Below the pieces are notes generated by a model. It ran no database searches. It saw only the letters and a program-made list of their open reading frames with translations, and was not told where the DNA came from. Positions 25,282-35,776 of a DNA stretch of 64,000 nt are shown one piece after another. Within the stretch, counting starts at the first letter, position 1, and each line of letters starts with the position of its first letter. The position numbers were made by a program, and so were the translations under genes. Source of the DNA: Eledone cirrhosa (lineage: Eukaryota); contig OZ024741.1 in the NCBI GenBank assembly GCA_964016885.1, positions 286,626,001 through 286,690,000 of the forward strand. Direction: 5' to 3'.

Positions 25282-25334
25282 TGTGTGTGTGTGTATGTGT
25301 GTGTGTGTGTGTGTGTCATAGTTTTATCGCTCTA

Positions 25335-25506
25335 CATGACTGAATACAAGAAATGTAAATCTGAGTTTTTCGAATATTAATGATAATATTCGATTCGTTT
25401 GCAATTAAGCAAACAGCCTCTTAAGCCATATTTGCATAATTTCAAACGAATCGAATATGCTTAATATTCGAAAAACTCAGCTTTACATTTCTTGTATTCA
25501 GCCATG
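25335..25506. repeat. Imperfect palindrome, about 70-bp arms
   Basis: catgactgaatacaagaaatgtaaa...cgattcgtttg pairs with caaacgaatcg...tttacatttcttgtattcagccatg. Confidence 0.85.
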
Positions 25507-26355
25507 ATCAGTCGGTCTGCTAATATACAGATCCGACTGATCAGGCTGTCTGCTAATATGTAAATCAGGCCAATCAGTCACTGTATATTCTATAGAATAT
25601 CATATATTTTCACTAGCTCTGATAGCAGGTAAACTATATACGGTACCGATGAAGGGTAATCACCCAGAGACATTAGCCTGCCGTTCTGTTTATATATGCT
25701 AACACAAGAACAAGAATGATGAGGTTATTTTACTCACATGGCTTAAGAGGCTGTTACTCTGGACTTTCGGCCGTCTATCAGAGGTTCATTAGTCAAGATG
25801 ATGAGCCTGTGATAAACAGCTGAAATTCCAGGATAACAAGACTCATCCTGCCGAGGTTAACTTTGCCTTTCATCCTTACGGGGTTGATAAAATAAAGTAC
25901 CAGTAATGCACTGGATAATTGCTTGTCCTGTGCCAAACGTAGAAACAATTATTAGCCTTAATAAAATGAATATTTAAACTCTACCACTTCGGTATTGAGT
26001 ACTCTTTTCAGTCAACCACTTACGGATATATATATATATATAAGATATCATGTTAAATATAAATCCTTATATATATATATACATATATAAATGGAAAAAA
26101 TGAAACGAAATTTCATTTCTCACTCTTAGTACGGCTGTTACTTAAATATAAATATGTATACGTACATACATATATGTAATCAGACGTACAGTAGTATGTA
26201 AATATATACATACATGCACACATATATATATATATACGTATGGGTTTACCGAACATTTATTATAATGCTCGGTTTGTTTGTAAACAAACATCCCGAATTA
26301 AGCCGTACAGTGTTTAGCAACCATCGTTGCCCTTTTGTACAACACTGACAAAGGA

Positions 26356-26398
26356 ACGATGTACTAGTTTCAAGCTTATTAGCTATCGTCAGCACCGT
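26356..26398 (-). ncRNA. Minimal type I hammerhead ribozyme
   Basis: Reverse complement of the 26622-26664 motif. Confidence 0.85.
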
Positions 26399-26621
26399 AT
26401 ACCTTCCTGCCAGAAGATTGAACGTCTGAAAGTATATACTTTCCTTATGCATATTAACGGTTGAGCAGCCTAATTTGCATATCAAGTGAGTTAATCGGCC
26501 GGGCGCACCGAAAACGATAAATGGAAAAAATGAAACGATATGCAAATTAGGCTGCTCAGCCGTTAATATGCATAAGTAAAGTATATACTTTCAGACATTG
26601 ACTCATCTGGCAGGAAGGTAT

Positions 26622-26664
26622 ACGGTGCTGACGATAGCTAATAAGCTTGAAACTAGTACATCGT
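26622..26664 (+). ncRNA. Minimal type I hammerhead ribozyme
   Basis: acggtg-CTGACGA-t agct aata agct t-GAAA-ctag-TA-catcgt. Confidence 0.88.
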
Positions 26665-27034
26665 TCCTTCGTCAGTGTTGAACAAAAGGGCAACGATGGT
26701 TGCTAAACACTGTACAGCTTAATTCGGGATGTTTGTTTACAAACAAACCGAGCATTATAATAATTGTTCGGTAAATCCATACGTACATATATATATATGT
26801 GTGTGCATGTATGTATATATATACATACTACTGTACGTCTGTATACATATATGTATGTACGTATACATACTTATATTTAAGTAACAGCTGTACTAAGAGT
26901 GAGAAATTAAATTTCGTTTCATGTTTTCATTTATCGTTTTCGGTGCGCCCGGCCGATTAACTCACTCGATATGCAAATTAGGCTGCTCAGCCGTTAGTAT
27001 GCATAAGGAAAGTATATACTTTCAGACGTTCAAT

Positions 27035-29965
27035 CAGACAAAGTAGAGAAAGTTGTTAAAAGAATGAGATGGAAAGCTTTGATTTTCGATGGACACTTTA
27101 ACACGGTCTCTACAGAATATTTTGATATCAAGTCTCATAAATACCCGCAAAGAGTAAGAATTAGCTAGTTTTTTAAAAATAGACAATAGAACAGAAAAAC
27201 TTGCTATTAATCGTCCTAGTTGTAGATTAATCAACCCGGCTAAGACTGAAATCGGTCTTGCTAGCAAAAAAAAATTAAATAATATAAACAAACATATTAG
27301 AAGTAAGTCTGAATTACTCCAATGAATAAATAGCTCTTCCGTAGTACATTGGTTTAATAATATGAAAGATAAAAATATTTCTAGATTCACCCAATTTGGC
27401 ATTGTAGACTTCTACCCGTCTATTACTCACCCTTTTAACGAATGCCTTAAATTTTGCTAGAAAGTTTATTAATATTTCTGATATTGAAGAGAATGTCATT
27501 TTGCATGCTAGAAACACTTTACTATTTACTAATAATGACACTTGGGTAAAAAAAATCTAACTCAGAGAACCCATTCGATGTCTCAATGGGTTCTTTTGAT
27601 AGTGCTGACGTGTGTGATTTAGTCGGCCTATTCCTCCTACACACACTTAAAGAGAAATTCCCTAACCATACCTTTGGGCTTTATCGCGACGATGGTCTAA
27701 TAATTTCCCATACCACTATAGGCCATAACTTAGATAGATTCAGGAAAGACTTAATAAAAACCTTCACTAGTTTTAATCTTAAAATTACCATTGACACTAA
27801 CCTTTCTAATGTTAATTTTCTAGATATAAACCTAGATCTGCCTACTGCTTCTTATAAACCGTACCATAAACCTAATGAAAATTTAAAATATATAAATAAA
27901 GGCTCTTGCCATCCTCCTATAGTTTTTAAAAATCTTATCCCTAATATTAGCCGTAGGATCTCCACCCTCTCTTCCTCAGAAGCTATTTTCAATAAGGCAT
28001 CCCCTACTATAATAAAGCCCTTCAAAATAGCGGATTTAGTGAACCGATTAAGTACATACCCAACAATACTAACTCCTTTAAACATAATAATAGGAAAAGA
28101 AAAATAATCTGGTTCACATCCCCCTACTCTTTAGCAGTTAAAACTAATGTAGGCAAAACATTCCTAGAGCTCTTAGATAAACATTTCCCTAGAACACATA
28201 GATACTATAAGATCTTCAATAGAAACTGTGTCAAAATCAGCTACTCCTGCGGTCTCCCTATCCAGAGAACATCAAAATTGCTCCTGTAGAGTCAAAAGTG
28301 AATGCCCCTTACAAGGTAAATGCAAAACCAAAGCCATTGCATATGCGGTTAAAGTGACAACCACCAGCAACAACCTACCAGCCACTAACGAACGATATGT
28401 GGGTATGACACAAGACAAATAAATTCAAAACGCGTTATTACTCACATGTCGCATCTTTCCGACATCCTGAAAAAAGATTTACAACAGCTCTGGCTAGCAG
28501 AATATGGGATTTGAAAGACCAAGGTATCCAATATAAATTAGATTGGTCAATTTTGAACCAATCTAAAGAATATGCAAGAGGAACAAGAAGAGGAGCACTT
28601 TGCATAAGTGAAAAATATTGGATTTTACAGAACCTTAAATCACCAAAAAACCTGCCTAAATGCAAAAACAGAAATTTTCACCAGTTGCCCACACATGAAA
28701 TCACACTTGCTTTCCAGCTCATATAAACTTAACTCACTTTCAGACACTTATCCTCCATAAACTCTTGTTCTTCAGTTTCCTTAAATTACCCTCTTTACAG
28801 ATTTCTCTTTCTGATTTACTTTTATTTTTATTTTAACTTCACATTCACCAGTGACCCCCCTGCTTTTTGATTCACTTACTTTATATCTTCACAATTTTAC
28901 ATATTTTACTTCCCCATTTTCTTTCACTACCTGATATTACATGTCACCTGCGTTTTCAACTCCAGTTATATTCTGTTGTCTCTCAGCCGCTTTTATGTAT
29001 GTTTACTTGCGTATAATTTGTACTCATTTATTCATACGGCTGGTTTTTATATTGCATCTATGCGTGTGAGTGTGCATGTGTATGAGTGTTTGTATATGTA
29101 TACGAATGCATTCGTATGTGCGCGTGTGTGTATATGTATTTTTATATCTATGTTTTTTACATACTTATATATGTGTGTGTGTGTGTATGTATATATGTGT
29201 ATGTGTATATATATATAGTCGCGTGCGTGCGTGATTAGATGTACATGTACGTATATATATGTGCTTCGTGTGTATGTATGCGCGCTTTTGTATGTATGTG
29301 CTTTTGTCTGTACGTATTTATATATATATGTGTATGTACGAACCTATGTATGTTTTCTATTTTTTCTAGTGTTACTTTATAATTGATAACCCCTCCCTCT
29401 TACTTTCTCTTTGATTTAATTTTTTTATTCTCATATATTTTTTCATTTTCATATTTTATATTTTTTTATATATGTATCGAACTTCTGCCTGACACTGCTT
29501 TGACTGATACACTCCCTTCCCTGTATGTGGTTGCGCGCGTGTGTGTGTGTGTTTATTAAATTTAGCTCTGTAACTTACATAGAGCACTCTTCACTCCTAT
29601 GACTTTTTCAATTTTCAACGGAAACTTCAATACTTATATGCTTTATAAAACGCTTTATATTTAACATATCTTACTTTCTTCTTGCCTTTTTATTCTCAAG
29701 AGGCCTTCGTGCTATAAAAATCATAACACCTTCTCTCTGATGTCACATAAAATTCTATGTACATGTTTTGGCTTAATTGGTGGACAAGCAATACCATTGG
29801 TAGGGGTCAAAACTGCCAAAGTCCATCTCAATGGCTGAAGACCCTGGAATTCTGTTTCATTTGTATTTTGATTTTCAAAGAATAATTTTTTAAGATTTTT
29901 CTTTTAAAATAATTGTTTTTCGTTTTGCCTAGTTTTCTCTTTGCTAATTTTCTTAAGTTTATATA
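27035..29965 (+). mobile_element. Penelope-like element (Naiad-type) pseudogene with 3' UTR
   Basis: N-terminal KVEKVVKRMRWKA, CRLINPAKTEIG, MGSFDSADVCDLVGLFLL, GLYRDDGL, FLDI, CSCRVKSECPLQGKC (CxCx5C), RYVG and LCISEKYWIL. Many frameshifts. Coding remnant ends near 28730 and the 3' limit is approximate. Confidence 0.9.
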
Positions 29966-30149
29966 TACATAAAAGCGGACTTTGCCCAATTTCACCTCTC
30001 AACAGTAATGACACAGGACCGTGACCTCTGGTGTCACGCAGTAATACAGAAGACCCAACTTCCCACGGGAACAAGCCGAAGCTGAAGCATATAGACAATA
30101 TGCCCCACATCCCCTCCCACTGCAAAGATGTCACAACAAAAAAGTACCC

Positions 30150-30372
30150 AGACCACACAGTAAAGTGGTCGTGTAGGCGCCACGGAAAAAAATCACCCAG
30201 CACTCACTGTAAATGAGATTGGTGTTAGGAAGGGCATCCAGCTGTAGAAATCAAGCCAGAATCAGTTCCCGCATGAGCAAGACAAGGTCACCCGACCTAA
30301 CACTGCCCACAACAGGACAACCCGTCTAACCCATGCTAGCGTGGAAGAACAGACGTAAAACGGTGATGATGA
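30150..30372 (+). mobile_element. SINE 3' part with RTE-like (GAT)n tail; other copies at about 39680-39915, 48400-48500, 49420-49660(-), 49870-50060 and 63495-63740(-)
   Basis: ggtgttaggaagggcatccagctgtagaaa...aacccatgctagcgtggaa..gacgtaaaacggtgatgatg recurs in the window. Confidence 0.7.
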
Positions 30373-30453
30373 TATATATATATATATATATAAAATATAA
30401 AGATTTACATATAATAATTCTAAGGACATGATTTATGATATATATATATATAT

Positions 30454-33400
30454 AGCCGTTTTTCGCGTGTTGTGTTGAAGCAAATAACTATGTGTATACT
30501 CTGGGAATGTATCTTACATTGCCCATGGAGTACGCTAAGATACAACCGGTACTGATTCAGAAGTCTCAGACACGGGAACCTCTACATCTCCAAGCGAGAA
30601 TGAAGAGGACCCTCAAAAAATCCAAAAAAGACACAAAAACACCTACAGAAAACACGCACACACCAAACCCCACCATAAACGACACCCACACCACCACAAA
30701 AAGAAAACTACAAACAGAAACTACACATACAAAACAAAACATTACACATACATAAAAACAAGAAACAAAGAACTGGTGGAAACTGTCCGAAAGAACCCCA
30801 CAATACAAACGGAAGGGAAAACCTTCCCCACCCCAAACCTTAAACTTATCAGGGTAACAACCCTACAGTATGAAACATTAAAAGAGAACTGATGTGGGCC
30901 CCCCTTGCCAAAAACCCCTTAACCGTGTCCAGCTAAAAGGATTCCCTCCCTCCCTAAACACCACCAATCCGGACATGGAGATCGAACAACCCGACACCCA
31001 GGAAACGAAAAGGTAAGTTCCTTCCTTTCCTCTCCTTAACTCTTCTTCACCAACATGGCGACTATACAAGCTGGATGTTTGAATGTACGTGGCCTGGGCA
31101 TGTCCTGGAAACAGAGCCAGCTTTTAAATGATCTCAGGTCACATTGTATAGATGTGATAGCCACCACCGAGTCCAGGATTCACGACAAGCAGCAGCTAAC
31201 CCCCATGTTCGATGATTTTGAGATCTATGCATCTCTCTGTCAGCCAGGAGGTGGAGGGGGAGTTGCTGTTCTGTTTCGAAAAAACTTGGATCTCAAAATA
31301 CAGACGATTCACTTGGACCCGGAGGGCCGGCTGGTGGCCGTATATGCCCTGACTGGGACATCGCGACCAGAGTGCTTCAAGCATCTGGAGCCATTCCTGG
31401 GAACGTCTCGCTCCTTAGTGTTAGCGTGGGACTGGAATGGCATCTTAGACGCACGTTGGGACTATGTAGGAGCTTGTGATAATAGAGGAGTGTGTAATAG
31501 CCTAAAAAATCTCATCAGCCAATTCCAACTGGCTGATAGATATCGACTAGACACCTCAAGTGCACCACTGTGGACGTGGAGCAACCGCACTGGGTCTTCT
31601 AGATCGTATTTAGATAGATTTTTAATTAGACAGAATGATAAGGAAACATGTCCACAAATTCACATAGTTGCCTATTCAGACCACAAATTAGTCATCTGCG
31701 TAGTCAACCTTGATAGAACACAGACAGGGACCCGGATACTGGAAGCTAAACATGTCGCTCCCGGCGCGTAAGGCCTACAGTAAACGGATTAACACCTTAG
31801 TTAAGTGCCAGTTGACGGGGGCGATCGTCAACAACAGGTGATGGAGCTCTCGGGAGAGCAATTAGAATAGAATCAATAGCATTTAGCAAGGAAGTAGCTT
31901 TAGAAAAGAAAAAAAACTGAAAAGGAACTGGTAGCTAAAATAGAAGAGGCACTAAGGAATGGCAGTACAGCTGACGTGCTAGCGGCGAGAAAGGCACTAG
32001 ACCAGTTCTTCAACGTAAAACACGAAGGTTATATTGTCAGAAGTAGAACACGTGCTCTAAGAAACGAGGGAGCCAAAGCTGTTAGCTGGGCCCGGGTGGC
32101 AACAAATCCACAATTCGGTCTTTGCAAGACAAAGATGGACGCATTATACTTGAATCCAAGCAGATGTGCACGGTCTTCCAGCAGCATTTTGCACAACTGT
32201 TCGGGTAAAGCGGTACATCGAGCGAGGTGGACTTCAGCTCCTACCTCGACAACGTACCGCGACTCTCGAGCACGGATGCGGAGAGCTGAGCTGCGAAAGG
32301 CCGAATAGAAGGTGCCCTAGGCCGCTGCGGGAAACGCAAATCACCCGGTTTAGATGGTTTACCCTATGAGATTTACATAGGCATGCCAGACGTGTTCTCT
32401 GGCATCCTCGAAGCGGTCTACTGCAACTGGCAGCAGAACGGGAGGATTCCCAGTACTGTAGGCCGAGGTGTGGTAACGCTGATCAGAAAGATGAGATAAG
32501 CAATTTCAGGCTCATAACTCTGCTCAACACAGTTAAAGATTTTGGCCAAGGTGTTAGCAGATAGGCTGGCGCTTGTCGTCGAGAACCTGGTAGGGGAAGC
32601 CCAAACGTGTGCAATCTCGACCAGGTCCATACACGACAACCTCCACCTCATAGAGAGGGTAGGGTGTAAACTTGGCTTCGGTGGGGCTCTGATCAATTTA
32701 GATCAGTCTAAGGGTCGACCATCAATACTTGGAAGCAGTTCTCAGGGCGGCCGGCTTCGGTCGCGTCTTCAGAGGCTGGATCGCTGTCATGCACACCAGC
32801 ATCTGCTCGGCAGTCAAGGTGAATGGCTACCTATCAGAGCCATTCCAAATTATGCGTTCCATCTGTCAAGGATGCCCTCTCTCCTCCATTCTGTATTTAC
32901 TGACTCTCGAGCCGTTACTCCGGAAGTTGGCTGTTGCAGAGCATCCCGATCGAACCAGGACTGCGGAAAGCACCGTCAGCCTATGCCGACGACATAACCG
33001 TAATGGTGTCGAAATCTCGGAAATCAGGGTAATCGGCAACCTATTACAGGAATACGAAACGTTGACAGGAGCAAGACTAGACCCAAACAAATGTCGGTTT
33101 GCAACTCTGCACACGGAGAGGCAAACCCATGCCTTCCGACAGTGTCGTTGGACGCTGGACAGAAGGACCGGTGAAATTGCTCGGGGTCTGGTTTGGTCCA
33201 GACCTCCAGATGGACAAGAACTGGAACGAGGTCACGGCGGTGTTTGCACTCACCAGAAGTGGGCTGAGTGCAAACTCTCCTTGAAGGGTCGAGCTGAGAT
33301 GGCGAACACTTACATAGCGTCCGTCATCTACTACCGCTTGACAGCCGTGCCTTACCCCCGCGAATACCTTACCAAAATGGAACGCCTACTCTTCAAGTTT

Positions 33401-34515
33401 CTCTGGAAGAAACAGGCTCCATTGGTGAGGAGATCCATCTGCTGTCAGTACCCTTCTAACGAAGGGCTGGGCAATCCGTGGGTGATGATGCGCTGAGGCC
33501 ACGCCATCTCCAGGTATTCCTTACCGGTGAACCGGTGTGGCTGTCGTTTGTGAGATAGGATCTTCCACAACTCGTCTCACTAACAGAGCAGCAGTCCAGG
33601 GTCAAGCGAAGGCCAAAAATGGGTCCCTGGCACTCACAGCCCTCTACCAAGCAGAAACGGCAATCAGCGAAGACTCCACTTCGACATTCTCGGGGAAACC
33701 CTAGGCATCGAGGAGGAAGAACTGACCAGTCTGTCCGGGAAGACTTTCTGTCCAGGGCCTATGGATAACTTACAGGTCTCTGGTCTGGCAGTGCTACAGA
33801 GGAGCTCTACCAGTTCGAGACAAAATCTACAGGCACGGATTCCCTGGCAAAGATCCTGCCAAAATGCGAGGACATCGAAACCGTTCTGCACGCAATTGTT
33901 CAGTGCCCAGGGGTGTCCGACCTGTGGAATTATGTCGAACAGCTGCTGTCACATGTGGGACACATCCAGTTGTCAGCCGAGTCCAACGTGAGGATCACCC
34001 CACGCCTTCATTTAAGAACGAAGGAGAGGCGGTTTTGCTCTGTCTGGGGGCTATGGCGAAAGAGGTAATATGGTGGACGAGGTTAAAAGAACTGAGGGCA
34101 AACACCTTCCTCTCCGGACAACAACTTATCCCCTTCTTTAAGTATTACTTCCGAAGGAAGGTGAGAGTGGAGAGAGAGAGGTGCTACACCCCAGTAAATT
34201 CGCTGAAAGGTGGTTGAATATGGCGAAAATGGCCCAAGTGAATGGGCCTTCTCTGTTTATAAACCTGTAGGTTGAGGAAGATAAACAGAGGGAAGACAGG
34301 AACACCTACAAAACGTGTTCCTGGTGTTGAGGGTTGTTCTATCCACAGGGTGTAAAACCCTGCAGTAACGTTCCCCCTACTGGGGATTTCAATTGTTATT
34401 TTATTATATATAGTTTATTATTTATTAATGTTAAAGTTGTTTTTATGTAAAACCCCTGCCGTCACGTCTTGTAATGCCCCATTTTTGTACGCCCCTATGG
34501 CAAATAAAGAAATAT
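30454..34515 (+). mobile_element. Tx1/L1-like LINE, degenerate near-full-length copy (APE plus RT)
   Basis: APE motifs GCLNVRGL, SRSYLDRFL and SDHKLV. RT motifs KSPGLDGLPYE, LINLDQSK and QGCPLS. 3' ggcaaataaagaaa plus a tatct tail. Confidence 0.9.
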
Positions 34516-35776
34516 ATCTATTAACCTACCTGTCTATCTCCTCCATCTGTATCTGTTTTTGGACAAGAATAACAATGCACAAATCCCAACAGCAGTTTGA
34601 AATATGACAGACAGATGGAGCAGTCATCACAAATTAGTCCATATATGTTTGATAACGATTAAAGTATACTCAATTAGATAGGAAGCGAACTGGCAGTCGT
34701 TAGAACATCGGATAGAATGCTCTGAGTTCAAATCCTACAGAAGTCAACTTTGCCTTTCATCCCTTCAAGGTTGATAAAATAAGTACCAGTCATATGCTGG
34801 GGTCGGTTCTTCCTCTATATTTTTTTCTTACTTCCATTCTCTCATTCTCAAGAAAAAAAATCTGCTATATTCAGACCTGGAGAGGATTGGGCTCTGCCAA
34901 GTTTAAAAAATGCTCATGAAATGCTTTTTGTCAATACAGCGCCCCTAAGACTCTCTCATGAATTACAGGACCATGCATATTCAAATATTCAATTAGATTC
35001 GACCTGGCTCTACACAATAATCAACTATATACATTCAGCAATATACACATACAGAGATGTAATAATCGATTGTGAGGTTATAAATAGCCAGATATTTTGA
35101 AGGGGGGAAAAAAGAAAAGATAAGTACAAAAATAGTTGTTGGAATGAATATGTTGTTAATAAGAGACAAGATAGTTTTATATAAACGATAAGGTCAGTTG
35201 TAGAGAGACTTACAAAGACAGTTCTATTGTAGAGACTTACAGAGACAGGTCAATTGTAGAGAAACTAACAGGGACAATAGATCAATTATAGAGTAACTGT
35301 TTCAGAGGCAATAGGTTAGTTGAGGAGAAACAAAAGGATATTTGTAGATAAACTGAACCAGTTCATGATATTACAAATAGCTAAAGAATGGTGGATTGGC
35401 AGAATTGGTAGTGTCAGGTAAACTGCCATTGCAGTATTTGTTCTGGCTCTTTACATTCTTAATTCAAATCCTGCTTGTGTGAACTTTGTCTATCATCTTT
35501 AAAGGAATGATAAAATAATAAAATACCAGTCAACTTTGCCAGCCTTTTGACTAAATGATAAATATATACAGTTAAATAATAGACACAAATAAACAAAAGA
35601 AAAAATATAGTTTGGTATTCAATTACCAACTAAATTTATTATACAAAATGTAAGAGTAAATAGGATGTGAAAATGTATAACATTTTGTTATAATGAAATC
35701 AAAAAGTTATTTTCATGGGATTTAAAACTCATTTTACTTTTTTTTAAATTTGGTTTTATTATTTGTATCTCCAACT

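Larger units (their letters stand above)
26089..27034. mobile_element. 430-bp hammerhead unit in fold-back arrangement (minus copy 26089-26538, plus copy 26539-27034)
   Basis: Period 430 (atggaaaaaatgaaacg at 26091 and 26521). The second half is the reverse complement. Same family as 58281-58957. Confidence 0.85.

Noticed and set aside
25645-25835. Degenerate hammerhead-like motifs (ccgatgaagggt..accc; ctaatga..gaaa on minus; atgatga..gaaa)
   Set aside because: Multiple core mismatches and no closing stem I. They are possibly dead pLTR relics but cannot be supported.
27314-27330. In-frame TGA in a Naiad ORF as possible selenocysteine, since some Naiads are selenoproteins
   Set aside because: The TGA sits where Trp is expected in a heavily mutated copy. 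The knuckle Cys codons in both Naiads are TGY and no SECIS was recognised.
29735-29855. Possible decayed hammerhead at the Naiad 3' end (ctctctgatg...ggctgaagaccctgga)
   Set aside because: Both core halves are broken, so it cannot be called.
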